From Candidatus Palauibacter scopulicola (lineage in GTDB: Bacteria > Gemmatimonadota > Gemmatimonadetes > Palauibacterales > Palauibacteraceae): 64,000 nucleotides of DNA. Positions within the stretch are counted from its first letter, which is position 1, and the number at the start of each line of letters is the position of its first letter. Made by a program: the position numbers and the translations under genes. A model generated the notes under the pieces. It was not told where the DNA came from and did no database searches. It saw only the letters and a list, made by a program, of their open reading frames with translations. The stretch is from assembly GCF_947581915.1 (NCBI RefSeq), contig NZ_CANPWG010000038.1, positions 89,429 through 153,428 of the forward strand. The letters run 5' to 3'. This document shows positions 48,797 through 60,000 of the stretch, one piece after another.

Positions 48797-50044
48797 TTGA
48801 ACATCCGCTACCGCACGCTTCCGGCGCTCTGCGCCCTTCTCCTTCTCCCGCAAGCTGCCGTCGGTCAGGAAGCTGTGCGCCGGGTCTCGCTCGCGCGGGC
48901 CCTGGAGGCGTTCGCGGAGAACAGCCTCGCGCTCAGGATCGCGCGCTCCGAGGCCGCCGAAGTCGCCGGAATCGCGCGCCAATCTCGTGTCTGGTTCAAC
49001 CCGTCGCTTTCGGTCAGGCGCGACGACCTCGACCGCAACGGCGACGAGTACTGGGAGGAGAATCTGCTCCTCTCTCAACCCCTGGAGTGGCCGGGTCGAA
49101 CCGCGGCCCGTCACCGGGCGGCCACCCACACGATCGAAGCGAGCGCCGCCCGTTTCCGCGGCGACTCGATGCGGCTCGCCTTCGACGTTCGCGAGGCCTG
49201 GGCGCTCGCGTGGTTCGCGGAAGCGGCGGAACGCACGGCGCGGCAGGCCGCGGCGGTGATCCGGGAGGTGGCGGAGGACGCGGAAATCCGCCTGGAGGAG
49301 GGGGACATCTCCGCCTACGAAACGAGGCGGTTACGACTGGCACGAGTGCGGGCCGAACAGGATGTGGCGGAGGCCGAACTCCGCGCCCGTGACGCGCGCC
49401 GGCGCCTCGCGGCGCTGACCTTTCCCGGCACGGGAATCGAGGAGGTCGGACCGTCCACGGGGCTTGAAGGGTTGCCGCCCCTGGTGACTCGAGATGACGC
49501 GCTGGGCGCGTTGCTCGAGCGGCCGGACCTGGAGGCCGCGGGCCGAGATCTGGACGCCGCGCAAGCCGAACTCGCCGTCGCGAGGTCCCGTTGGATGCCC
49601 GACCCGACCGTCAGCCTGGGATATCGCCGGCAGGAGGGCGGATTCGAGGGACTCAGCCTCGGTCTCGACCTTCCGTTACCGCTGTTCGACCGGGGAGCGG
49701 GAACCCGGCAGGCATCCGACGCCCGCAGCGCCGCGGCCGCCCATCGTCTCGACCTCCGGAGACGGCTGGCGGAGAACGATCTCCTGACGACCTCGGACCG
49801 CTACGCCTCCAGCCGCGCCCGTCTCGAAACAGCGGCCGATGGCTTGTCGGCGGATGCCGAGGCGCTGCTCGCCTCCGCGATGGCGGCCTACGGTGAGGAC
49901 GAAATGTCGCTCCTGGAGTTGCTCGACGCGGCGAACGCCTTCCGGGGCGCCCGGCTCAGCGCCCTCTCCATGCGATCCGCGGCGTGGATCGACTACTGGG
50001 ACCTCCTGCGCGCCATGGGAAGGGCCCCGGAACGCGAGCCGTGA
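48797..50044 (+). CDS. TolC-family outer-membrane efflux protein
   Basis: TTG start after GAGGA. Signal peptide (LPALCALLLLPQAAVGQEA). Two OEP repeats. Confidence 0.7.
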   Translation: MNIRYRTLPALCALLLLPQAAVGQEAVRRVSLARALEAFAENSLALRIARSEAAEVAGIARQSRVWFNPSLSVRRDDLDRNGDEYWEENLLLSQPLEWPGRTAARHRAATHTIEASAARFRGDSMRLAFDVREAWALAWFAEAAERTARQAAAVIREVAEDAEIRLEEGDISAYETRRLRLARVRAEQDVAEAELRARDARRRLAALTFPGTGIEEVGPSTGLEGLPPLVTRDDALGALLERPDLEAAGRDLDAAQAELAVARSRWMPDPTVSLGYRRQEGGFEGLSLGLDLPLPLFDRGAGTRQASDARSAAAAHRLDLRRRLAENDLLTTSDRYASSRARLETAADGLSADAEALLASAMAAYGEDEMSLLELLDAANAFRGARLSALSMRSAAWIDYWDLLRAMGRAPEREP

Positions 50045-50102
50045 GCCGGAAGCCCCGTCCACGGCTCATGCCCGGTCTGCGGGTCGAACGTAGATTGGAC
50101 GC

Positions 50103-52517
50103 ATGCACCCGAACGAACTGACGCCCGCACAGCAGGCCGCCGCGGAGGATCCGGATCGGCTCCCCGGGCTCGCCGACGCCGAGTTCACGGCGCTGGGCCG
50201 CCGCGCGCGCCGGGTCGAGGGGCTGCGCAAGTCGACCGGCCGCGAGATCTACACGGACGACATCGTCCTGCCGGGCATGCTGCACGGGAAGATCCTCCGC
50301 TCCACCGAGGCGCACGCGCGGATCGTCTCCATCGACACGTCCGAAGCCGAGGCCCTCGACGGCGTGTACGGCGTCATCACCGGACGGGACCTGCCGACGC
50401 CGTACGGGATCATCCCCTGGACGCGCGACGAGCACGCCCTCTGCTTCGACAAGGTGCGCTTCATCGGAGATGCGGTGGCTGCCGTGGCCGCGGTCGACGA
50501 GGACACGGCGAACGCGGCGCTCGGGCGCATCCACGTCGAGTACGAGCCGCTTCCCGTCTATCTCTCGCCCGAGGAGTCGCTGACGCCCGAGGCCGCCGCG
50601 GAGCCCATCCACGCGCCGCGCAAGCCGGGGGCGAACGGCAACGTCCTCAAGCACGTCCACCTCGAGTTCGGGGACGTGGACGCGCGGATGGCGGAAGCGG
50701 ACGTCACGATCGAGGGGGAGTACTTCTTCCACGGGACGACGCACACGCCGATCGAGCCGCACTGCGCGATCTCCCGCCTCAACCCGGATGGCGCCCTCGA
50801 GGTGTGGTCCTCGACGCAGGTCCCGCACTACCTGCAGCGCGAACTCGCGCGGGTGCTCGACCACGACGTGGCGAAGGTGCGGGTCGTACAGCCGGCCGTC
50901 GGCGGGGCCTTCGGCGGCAAGTCCGAGCCGTTCGATCTCGAGTTCTGCGTGGCGCTCCTCGCGATGCGCACGGGCCGTCCGGTGAAGATCCTCTACACGC
51001 GCGAGGAGCTTTTCTACTCGCACCGCGGCCGCCACCCCATGCACATGAAGTATCGGCTCGGCGCCTCGCGCGACGGGAAGCTCCGGGCGCTCGACGCGCA
51101 CACGACGCTGGACGGGGGCGCCTACGCCTCGTTCGGTCTCGTGACGACGTACTACTCGGGGCAGCTCCTCACCTCGCCCTGCCACATCGAGTCCTACCGC
51201 TTCGACTCGACCCGGGTCTACACGAACGTGGCCCCGTGCGGCCCCAAGCGCGGCCACGGCTCGGTACAGCCGCGCTTCGCGTACGAGATCTCGCTGGACA
51301 AGATGGCCGAGAAGCTCGGCCTCGACCCGTTCGAACTCCGCCGCCGCAACTTCATGGGCACGGGTCGGACGGTGAACGAGTTCAAGGTCCAATCCAACGG
51401 CTTCCTGGAGTGCCTCGAGGCGGTGGAACGCGCCAGCGACTGGAAGAAGCGCCACCGGCGGCTGCCGAGGGGTCGCGGTCTCGGGATGGCGGCCTCCTCG
51501 TACATCTCCGGCACGAACTACCCGATCTACCCGAACGCGATGCCCCAGGCGGCGGTGCAGGTGCAGATCGAGCGCTCCGGCCGGGTCGCGATCCTGCACG
51601 GCGCCTCGGAGATCGGGCAGGGGTCCGACTCCACGATGGCCTACATCGCGTGCGAGGAACTCGGCGTCCCGCTCGAATACGTGCGCGTCTTCTCCGCCGA
51701 CACGGACCTCACGCCGGTGGACCTGGGCGCCTACTCCTCGCGCGAGACCGTCATGGTGGGGAACGCCTGCGTCGAGGCCTGCCGTACGCTGCGCGCGCAG
51801 GTCGAGGAAGCCGTCGGGGAGCAGTGGGGCGTGCCGGCGCCGCGGGTCCGTCTGGCCCGCGGCTGGGCTTTCGACGCGGAGGCTCCCGAAGACGCCGGCC
51901 GCCGGATCCCGATCTCCGAGGCGTTCAACGTCGCCGAGACGAAGTTCGGACTGCTCGGCGCCGTCGGCTCCTACGACACGCCGAAGGATGTCCACGGCGA
52001 GTACCGCGGCGGCACGATCGGATCCTCGCCCGCCTACTCGTTCACCGCGCACGTGGCCGAAGTCGAGGTCGAGGAGGACACGGGCGTCGTCGGCGTGAAG
52101 AACATCTGGGTGGCGCACGACTGCGGCCGCGCGCTCAACCCGGTGCTCGTCGAAGGCCAGATCGAGGGCTCCGCCTACATGGGCTTCGCTGAGGCGATCT
52201 TCGAGGAGCAACTCTTCCGCGAAGGAGAGGTGGAGGGCGGCCTGCATACGTCGCCGTCGCTCCTCGACTACCGGATCCCCACCTCCATGGACTGCCCGGA
52301 GTTCGAGGCGCTCATCGTCGAGTCAGTGGATCCGGAAGGCCCGTACGGCGCCAAGGAGGCGGGCGAGGGGCCGCTGCACCCGTCGCTCCCGGCGATCGCG
52401 AACGCGATCCACGACGCGGTCGGCGTCCGCCTCGATGCGCTCCCCTTCACGCCGCAACGCGTGTGGAGAGCCCTGCGCGCCCACGCCGCCGGGGCCGCGC
52501 GCGAGGACGTCGCCTGA
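50103..52517 (+). CDS. Molybdopterin-binding large subunit of XDH-family oxidoreductase (orphan)
   Basis: 804 aa. Aldehyde-oxidase / XDH a/b hammerhead and Moco-binding domains (GGAFGGK, AGEGP). Confidence 0.8.
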   Translation: MHPNELTPAQQAAAEDPDRLPGLADAEFTALGRRARRVEGLRKSTGREIYTDDIVLPGMLHGKILRSTEAHARIVSIDTSEAEALDGVYGVITGRDLPTPYGIIPWTRDEHALCFDKVRFIGDAVAAVAAVDEDTANAALGRIHVEYEPLPVYLSPEESLTPEAAAEPIHAPRKPGANGNVLKHVHLEFGDVDARMAEADVTIEGEYFFHGTTHTPIEPHCAISRLNPDGALEVWSSTQVPHYLQRELARVLDHDVAKVRVVQPAVGGAFGGKSEPFDLEFCVALLAMRTGRPVKILYTREELFYSHRGRHPMHMKYRLGASRDGKLRALDAHTTLDGGAYASFGLVTTYYSGQLLTSPCHIESYRFDSTRVYTNVAPCGPKRGHGSVQPRFAYEISLDKMAEKLGLDPFELRRRNFMGTGRTVNEFKVQSNGFLECLEAVERASDWKKRHRRLPRGRGLGMAASSYISGTNYPIYPNAMPQAAVQVQIERSGRVAILHGASEIGQGSDSTMAYIACEELGVPLEYVRVFSADTDLTPVDLGAYSSRETVMVGNACVEACRTLRAQVEEAVGEQWGVPAPRVRLARGWAFDAEAPEDAGRRIPISEAFNVAETKFGLLGAVGSYDTPKDVHGEYRGGTIGSSPAYSFTAHVAEVEVEEDTGVVGVKNIWVAHDCGRALNPVLVEGQIEGSAYMGFAEAIFEEQLFREGEVEGGLHTSPSLLDYRIPTSMDCPEFEALIVESVDPEGPYGAKEAGEGPLHPSLPAIANAIHDAVGVRLDALPFTPQRVWRALRAHAAGAAREDVA

Positions 52518-52570
52518 CAGCCCATGGCGCAAGCCCCGCTGCGTTCGAGCGGCGAGCGCATCCCGCCGGA

Positions 52571-52990
52571 ATGAAGCAGTTCGTCCGACAACTCGGGGTC
52601 GAGACGCGGGGGAAGGGTCTGTACGAGATCACCGGCCCGATTCTCGAGTGGGTCGCCACCCTTGAGATCGAGACGGGCATGCTCACCGTCTACATCCGCC
52701 ACACGTCGGCGTCTCTGACGATCCAGGAGAACGCGGATCCGGACGTCCTCCACGACCTCTCGAACTTCTTCGCCCGCCTCGTTCCGGAGGGCGACCCCCG
52801 CTACCGGCACACGATGGAGGGGCCGGATGACATGCCGGCCCACATCCGGTCGGCCCTGACCCAGACGCACTTGGCCATCCCGGTGCTCGACGGAGCGCCG
52901 GCACTGGGTACCTGGCAGGGGATCTTCCTCTTCGAGCACCGCCGCCGCCCCCACCGGCGAACGGTCGTGCTGCACGCCGTCGGCGAATAG
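52571..52990 (+). CDS. YjbQ / UPF0047-family protein (secondary thiamine-phosphate synthase-like)
   Basis: LTVYIRHTSASLTIQENADPDV...VVLHAVGE matches the YjbQ family. Confidence 0.7.
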   Translation: MKQFVRQLGVETRGKGLYEITGPILEWVATLEIETGMLTVYIRHTSASLTIQENADPDVLHDLSNFFARLVPEGDPRYRHTMEGPDDMPAHIRSALTQTHLAIPVLDGAPALGTWQGIFLFEHRRRPHRRTVVLHAVGE

Positions 52991-52997
52991 GGAGTTC

Positions 52998-54206
52998 CTA
53001 GCGAAGGTGTGGCTCGAGCTGTCCGGTGGGGCCGTATCTGCCGATCGCTCCGAAGTCGAGACCAACGACAGATTCACCTGCGACCGAATCCTGCTCGAAG
53101 ACGATGAAGCCAAGTTCCGCAAGGCGCGTGAGTTCTCGAACGAAAGTCCTGGGAGTAACGACGCGATACACCGTGCGGACGAAGGGTGAATCCACCAGCT
53201 CGCGGAGCAACACTCGTCTGGAGGGGTCTTCCGAGAACGGGTCGATCGGCTCGGTTTCCTCAAGGAGAAAAACCAGAAGACCATGCTCCCGCTCGTTGAT
53301 GAGACGGCGACGTTTGCTGATTCGTTCTCCGAGCGCCCAAGTCAGCGTCGAACGATAGACCAAGCGATTCAGCTTCGACTTAATGAAGGAGTTGATCCCC
53401 TTCAACTCGGCGTCAAACCCCTGAAGCCCGAACTCCACGAAGGGATCCACGCTGACCGGTTGCTCCCTGCGGCATTCCTGCAGGCGCCTCTTGTAGAGGT
53501 CCCCGTTGCGGTAGAAGTAGTTCGAGAGCCCGTAGAAACCATGGACGTTGTATCCTCCTTCGAAGAGGATGGCTGCCTCGACCAGTCTCGACACACGTCC
53601 GTTGCCGTCTCCGAACGGATGGATGGTCGCCAGGAAGAAATGGGCAAGCAGCGCTCTGACCACCGGATGTTCATCCCGCACGCGCCGAGGATTAACGAAA
53701 GCCACGAAGCCGTCGAGCAGATTCGAGAGGTTCTCGTGAGGCGCCCCCAGGTGAACTCCCCCCAGTGCCGGCGTACCGACCTGCACGCCGTGTGCTCGCA
53801 AGCGGCCGGGAACGTTGTTGACCTCGTCGGACCCCCGCGTCATCAGCCTATGCATGTGGAGGATATCCGCAACGCTTAGCGGCGGCTTACCGGGCCCGAA
53901 TCTCTCGCGAACCCAGTCTTGGGCGGCGTTCGCATTCTCGACCTGAAGGGCTTCCTTTGTTGTCGAATCGGCACGCGTATCGCGTTCCAGCAGTTCACGC
54001 ACCTGAGCCTCCGACAGCGGGTTTCCCTCGAGGGCAGTCGTACCGCGAATGGTTCTGATGCGGTTCAGTCGGTCGAGTTGGTCCTTCCAGTCCGGCGGCA
54101 GCAGAAGATTCTCTACCGCCTTCTTGCTTGCCTCGATTTCTACCAGGAGGCTCTGCAGGTGCCGTCCGTCAAGGTGATATTCGAAGCTGAACTCTCGCCA
54201 ATCCAT
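52998..54206 (-). CDS. Fic-family protein (AMPylase) with N-terminal inhibitory motif
   Basis: Fic motif HPFGDGNGRVSR. TTALEGN matches the (S/T)xxxE(G/N) inhibitory helix. Confidence 0.8.
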   Translation of the reverse strand: MDWREFSFEYHLDGRHLQSLLVEIEASKKAVENLLLPPDWKDQLDRLNRIRTIRGTTALEGNPLSEAQVRELLERDTRADSTTKEALQVENANAAQDWVRERFGPGKPPLSVADILHMHRLMTRGSDEVNNVPGRLRAHGVQVGTPALGGVHLGAPHENLSNLLDGFVAFVNPRRVRDEHPVVRALLAHFFLATIHPFGDGNGRVSRLVEAAILFEGGYNVHGFYGLSNYFYRNGDLYKRRLQECRREQPVSVDPFVEFGLQGFDAELKGINSFIKSKLNRLVYRSTLTWALGERISKRRRLINEREHGLLVFLLEETEPIDPFSEDPSRRVLLRELVDSPFVRTVYRVVTPRTFVRELTRLAELGFIVFEQDSVAGESVVGLDFGAIGRYGPTGQLEPHLR

Positions 54207-54247
54207 AGGTCATGACACCTCATGTGACTTCTTATTTGACATCTTGT

Positions 54248-54275
54248 TTGACACGATAAGATACCATATTATAAC
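54248..54275 (+). promoter_or_regulatory. Near-consensus sigma70-type promoter (TTGACA-16-TATAAC) reading toward the M8 protease gene
   Basis: TTGACA at 54248-54253 and TATAAC at 54270-54275 inside an AT-rich island. A second TTGACA lies at 54236-54241. Confidence 0.35.
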
Positions 54276-54422
54276 TAGATACGCAGTTTATGGCAACAGC
54301 CACGACCACTTACATGACAGCTTGCATGACAAGATGCTTGTATGCTCGTCCGAACGCCCCTCCGCAATCTTGTTACCTTCGCTTGAGCCAACGGGAGGAT
54401 GAATGACCGATGTTGAAAGCGC

Positions 54423-55706
54423 TTGAGAGTGGAGGACGTTCGGGCCAGCCACGCGTGCGGGCGGGATAGTTCGGGCGCTCGGCTGCGCCGGACGGTTTCC
54501 GGAAGGCCCGGTTTCAGGGCGTTCGTGGTGCTGGTTGCCGCCTGGGCGGCGGCGTGCGGGGACGGGAGCACGGACCTTCCTCTGACGCACGCGCCGAGGG
54601 CCATCGGCGTGCTTCCCGACCTGGAACTTCCCCGGGGTGAGTCCGCGCTGGTGGAGGTGTCGGGCCTCTTCAGCGACGCGGACGGGGATGTGCTTTCCTA
54701 CGAGGTCCGGTCTTCGGCCCCCGGGGTGGTCGCGGCGGAGGTGTCGGGCGGCACGGTGCGGCTGGTCGCCCTGGCGCACGGGATGGCCACGGTGGCGATC
54801 ACGGCACGCGATCCCCAGGGCCGGGCCGCCGCCCTCCGCTTCGAGGTCACCGTACCGAACAGGTTCGACATCGAGGTCCGCTTCGACAGTACGGCTACCG
54901 AGCCGCGGCGGGCGGTAGTCCTCGCGGCGGCGGAACTCTGGATGTCGGTGCTGGCGGATACGGAGCTGCCGGAGGTGCCGGTCGATGACCGCATCGAATG
55001 TTACGGCGCGCACACGGCGGAACCGGTGGGGAGCGTCGATGACCTGATGATCCTCGTCGAGTTTCGGGACATCGACGGTCCGGGCCGCACGCTCGCCCAG
55101 GCCGGCGTGTGCCGCCTGCGCGAAGGGTCGATGCTGCCGTTCGCGAGCGTGGCGTTCTTCGACGTGTCGGACTTCGGCGGCCTCATCGACTCCGGCGACG
55201 CGACCGAACTCGCCGTTCACGAGATCGCGCACGCGCTCGGATTCGGCCTGCTGTGGCGCCCGCTCGGTCTACTCCGGGATCCTGCCCTCGGCGTGGGGGC
55301 GATCGACGCGCACTTCGTCGGTCCCGAGGCCGTCGCCGCCTTCGACGCGGCGGGCGGCACGGAGTACACCGGCGGGGCGAAGGTCCCGGTCGAGAACCTC
55401 GGCGGAGCCGGGAGCGCGAACCTCCATTGGCGGGGCGCCGTGCTGCGCGGGGAACTCATGAGGCCGCTCAACAGGATCGGAGTCCGGGAGACCCTGAGCG
55501 CGATCACGATCCGGTCGCTGGCCGATCTGGGTTACGTGGTCGACGCGAGCCTGGCGGAGCCGTACCTGCTCCCCGGCGTCGGCGCCGCGGACGAGGAACC
55601 CGGCCGCGTGGTCGATCTGGGCGACGATGTTCTCAGGGGTCCGGTGCAGGTCGTCGATGCGCAAGGACGCGTCGTGCGCGTGCTCCGCGACCGTTCGCCG
55701 GGGTAG
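54423..55706 (+). CDS. Leishmanolysin-like (M8) zinc metalloprotease lipoprotein with N-terminal Ig-like domain
   Basis: HEIAHALGFG (HExxH). Lipobox (LVAAWAAACG). TTG at 54423 or GTG at 54429; start uncertain. Confidence 0.6.
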   Translation: MRVEDVRASHACGRDSSGARLRRTVSGRPGFRAFVVLVAAWAAACGDGSTDLPLTHAPRAIGVLPDLELPRGESALVEVSGLFSDADGDVLSYEVRSSAPGVVAAEVSGGTVRLVALAHGMATVAITARDPQGRAAALRFEVTVPNRFDIEVRFDSTATEPRRAVVLAAAELWMSVLADTELPEVPVDDRIECYGAHTAEPVGSVDDLMILVEFRDIDGPGRTLAQAGVCRLREGSMLPFASVAFFDVSDFGGLIDSGDATELAVHEIAHALGFGLLWRPLGLLRDPALGVGAIDAHFVGPEAVAAFDAAGGTEYTGGAKVPVENLGGAGSANLHWRGAVLRGELMRPLNRIGVRETLSAITIRSLADLGYVVDASLAEPYLLPGVGAADEEPGRVVDLGDDVLRGPVQVVDAQGRVVRVLRDRSPG

Positions 55707-55783
55707 TCCATCCCGTTGACCGAATAAACCGTACATTCCTATGCTCAGGCCGGCGTCCCTCGACCTCCATGGGGTAAGGCACA

Positions 55784-57004
55784 ATGCTGCGCAGACTGCT
55801 GTTCGGATCCAGCCTCAGGATCATCGCCGTGATCACGGTCGGTACGATTGCGGTCGTGGCACTCATGCTCTCGCTGGCCCCCGAACCGGGAAGCCAGGAA
55901 CCGCCCCCCCAGATCCCGTTTGCGCAAACGGCCAACGTTGTGGCCGGATCGGGTGCCATACCCGTGTTCGGATCCGGCACCGTGCGGCCAAGCGAGGAGA
56001 TCGACGTCGCACCGCAGGTGGGCGGCAAGGTCGTCCGGGTGAGTCCGCGATTCCAGAGTGGAGGGCGCGTGGAGGCGGGCGAGACGCTCTTCCGCATCGA
56101 AGAAGCCGATTACGCCTACCGCGTGCAGGTAGCGGAAGCGAACGTCGCGGCCAGCCGCGTCGCCTTCCTCGAGGAACAGGAACGGGCAACGATCGCCAGC
56201 GCCCAGTATGAACTGTACGTGGAGCGGCGCGAGACGGGGCCTCCGCCGGCCGAGGCGAGTCCGCTCACGCTGAGGGAGCCTCAGCTGGAAGCGGCCAGCG
56301 CCGCGCTGAGCCGGGATCAGGCCCGGCTTGAGGAGGCGAAACTCGCGTTCTCCAGGACCCGGGTCACCGCGCCGTTCGATGGCTTCGTGCGCGAGGAATC
56401 CGTCGATGCGGGGCAGGTCGTGAACCCCGGGCAGCCCGTCGGACGCCTCTTCGCTTCGGGGGCGGTGGAGGTCGTCGTTCCCCTCTCCGACGCCGACGCC
56501 GCCCTGGTCCCCGGATTGTGGGGGCTTGAGGCGGGGGACGGGGCACGGGACGTAGCGGCTCGTGTGGTCGCCCACTACGGGGATGCCACGTACGCCTGGG
56601 AGGGCTACGTGGATCGGGGTGAGACTTCCGTTGACGCGCAGACACGCACCATCGACGTGATCGTGCGCGTGCCGGACCCGTTCGACCCAAGCGCGCCGGC
56701 GGGCCCGTCCGCCGCCGTCGGGGGCGATCCTCCGTTGCTGGTCGGCAAGTTCGTGGAGGTGGAGATCGAGGGAATCTCACCGGAGGACTACTTCCGGATC
56801 CCGCGAGCTGCGCTGCAACCCGGCAACGAAGTCTGGACGGTGGACGGCGACGGCGTCGTGAGCATCGTTCCGGTTCAGGTGCTGCAACGCGCCAACGATG
56901 CGGTGTTCGTCACCGGCGCCCTGCGGGGCGGCCAGGCGGTAGTCACCGGTGGACTTCAGTTCGCCACCGAAGGGATGCGCGTCCAGACCGACCCGGCGCG
57001 ATGA
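55784..57004 (+). CDS. Efflux RND transporter periplasmic adaptor subunit (HlyD/MFP family)
   Basis: N-terminal TM, coiled-coil, and beta-barrel/MP domains. Confidence 0.8.
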   Translation: MLRRLLFGSSLRIIAVITVGTIAVVALMLSLAPEPGSQEPPPQIPFAQTANVVAGSGAIPVFGSGTVRPSEEIDVAPQVGGKVVRVSPRFQSGGRVEAGETLFRIEEADYAYRVQVAEANVAASRVAFLEEQERATIASAQYELYVERRETGPPPAEASPLTLREPQLEAASAALSRDQARLEEAKLAFSRTRVTAPFDGFVREESVDAGQVVNPGQPVGRLFASGAVEVVVPLSDADAALVPGLWGLEAGDGARDVAARVVAHYGDATYAWEGYVDRGETSVDAQTRTIDVIVRVPDPFDPSAPAGPSAAVGGDPPLLVGKFVEVEIEGISPEDYFRIPRAALQPGNEVWTVDGDGVVSIVPVQVLQRANDAVFVTGALRGGQAVVTGGLQFATEGMRVQTDPAR

Positions 57005-60000
57005 ATCCCGACGCGGGTCCCGAGCCGGACGACCGCCGCGAGCGGTCCGGCCCGCTCGCCTACATGGCCAGCAACGGCATCGCGGCCAATCTCCTGATGA
57101 TGGGCATCGTCGCGGCCGGACTCGTGGCCCTGACCGGCCTCGAGCGGGAAGCCTGGCCCATCACCCCCTTCTACCACATCGAAGTCTCGATGGCCTATCC
57201 CGGCGCCACGCCGGAGGAGATCGAGGAGTCGATCGTCGTCAAGATCGAGGACCAGGTCAGCGGGCTCGATGACGTGAGGGCCGTCAAGTCCCTGGCGGCT
57301 CCGGGCATTGCCTCCGTGCGGATCCAGATGGATTCCCGTACGGACATGGATCGGGCCCTGGACGACATCGAATCTGCCGTCAATCGCATCCAGTCCTTCC
57401 CGGCCGGAGCCGAACGTCCGCGCTTCCAGGAGATGGACAACCGCTTCAGCATGATGCGGCTCATCGTCCACGGCGACGTCTCCGAGCGCTCGCTGAAGGA
57501 ACTGGCGCATCGGATCGAGGATGACCTCGCCGCGCTACCCTCCGTCTCCCAGGTCGAGGTCAGCGGGGTCCGGAACTACGAGATCTCCATCGAGGTATCG
57601 CTTCACCGCCTCAGAGCCCTGGGACTCTCCCTCACCGACGTTGCCGGGGCGATCCGCCGCAGTTCGCTCGACTTGTCGGCCGGCAGCATCGACACGCGGG
57701 AATCCCAGGTTCGGGTGCGGACCCTCGGGCAGAACTACGACCAGCAGGACTTCGAGGAGATCGTCCTTCTCAGCGGCCGCGACGGCACGGTCGTGCGCCT
57801 CGGCGACATTGCCGAGGTCCGCGACGGGTTCCAGGAGGCAGACCTGATCGTCCGCCATCAGGACCGGCCCGCCGTATTCGTCGAGGTCTATCGGGCCGGT
57901 GGCGAGCAGGTGATGGATGTGGCCACGACGGTTCGCGAGCACCTGGCGAACGAGGTGATCCCGGCCTTGCCGGACGGCGTGGGCATCACCCTGTGGAACG
58001 ACGAATCCCAGGCCTACGAGGAACGCGCCGATCTTCTTCTGAAGAACGGATTTCTGGGTTTGTTGCTGGTGCTGGTCGCACTGAGCCTGTTTTCTCCAGG
58101 TTCGGCTCGCCCTGTGGGTCGCCGTGGGCCTCGCCGTTTCGGGTGTAGGCGCGCTCGCCGCCATGATGGCATTCGACGTGGCGATCAACACCATCAGCCT
58201 CTTCTCCTTTGTCCTCGCCATTGGGATCGTCGTTGACGACGCCATCGTTGTGGCCGAGCACATTCAACACGAACGCAATCAGGGGACCCCGGGGGTCGCG
58301 GCCGCGATCCGGGGCGTCCGGCGGATCAAGGTGCCGTTGACGTTCGCGGTTCTCACTTCGGTGGTGGCCTTCGTCCCCTTGCTGTTCATCCCCGGCGGCG
58401 TCGGTGACGTATGGCGGGCTCTGCCGATCATCATGATCGCCATGCTGCTGTTTTCGCTGGTGGAATCGCTGTTCGTTCTGCCGAACCACCTGTCCCACCT
58501 GCCCGGTCCGGACTGGGTGCCGGCCAACGCGTTCGACCGATTCTTCTCGCGACTCCAGAGTCGTGTCGACGCCCAACTGCAGCGGTTCATCCAGGGGCCC
58601 CTGGACCGGGCCCTGCGGTTCGCCACGGCCCGGCCCGGGGTGACGATGACGGGGGCCGTTGCACTGCTCGTGCTGAGCATTTCCCTGCTGCCCGCGGGAA
58701 TCGTCCCCACCACGCTGGCCGACGACGTGGAGGGCGATATCGTGACGGTCGTGTTGGAGATGCCCGATGGGGCCACCGCTCCGCGAACGTACGAAGTCGC
58801 GCTGGAGCTGGAGGCCGCGGGCCACCGGGTCATCGAACAACTCTCTCGAAGCCGCCCCGCGGACGCGCCGCCGCTGCTGACCGGTGTCACCGTGACCGTC
58901 GGACTGGGATCGAGAATCGAGGGCGGACTCAACCCGCAGCCCACCCTCAATCCGCAGGCCAATATCGCCACCATCGAGTTCAAACTCCTCGGTGCGCAGC
59001 AGAGGCGGATCTCCACCGGAGACGTCGTGCAGGCGTGGCGGGAGGAGGTGGGTGTGCTGCCCTACGTCCGCGGCATCACCTTCAGCGGCGAGATCTTCAC
59101 CCTGGGGAACCCGGTCGAGGTCGTACTGTCACACCCGGACCCGGAGCGCCTCGCCGGGATCGCCGGCTCGGTGGTCGACGGACTCCGCAGCGTGAGGGGC
59201 GTCTACGACATACGGTCGGATCACGCCCCGGGCATCCCGGAGGTTCAGCTCGAGTTGCGGCCCGAAGCGCGCACGCTCGGTCTCACCGTGCAGGAGTTGG
59301 CGGGACAGGCGAGGGCCGCGTTCTTCGGCGCGGAAGCCGTCCGGGTGCAGCGCGGCCGGGAAGAGGTACGAGTCTACGTCCGGCTGCCCGCCGAAGAGCG
59401 AAACTCGATTACCGATATCGAGGGCTACCTGCTCCGGACGCCGGGCGGGGACGAGGTGCCGATGGTCAGTGTGGCGTCGCTGATCCCGGGCGTATCGCCC
59501 TCGGCCCTCCGGCGCAGGGATGGCCAGCGCGTCGTCACCGTCACCGCCGATGTGGACGCCTCGGTGATTTCCGGCGACGAAGCCAACGAGATCCTGGCCG
59601 GTTCGATCCTCGCGGACCTGGCCGCGGCGTACCCGGGCCTGACATACACGTTCGGGGGCGAGCAGCAGCAGCAGCTGGAGTCCATCGACGCGCTGTACCG
59701 CGGTTTCGCGGTCGCGCTGATCCTGATTTTCGCGCTCCTCGCCATCCCCCTCCGTTCATACACCAAGCCGTTCATCATCATGGCCGTCATCCCCTTCGGG
59801 TTCATCGGCGTGATCCTGGGCCACTGGATCCTGGGAGTAGCCCTGAGCGCCGTCTCCTTCATGGGGATCTTCGGTCTGAGCGGCGTGGTGGTGAACGATT
59901 CCCTGGTCATGATCGATTTCATCGATCAGAAACTCCGGGAAGGCGTCCCGCCGAGAACCGCGATCATGGAGGGGGCAAAGGGGCGTTTTCGTCCGATCAT

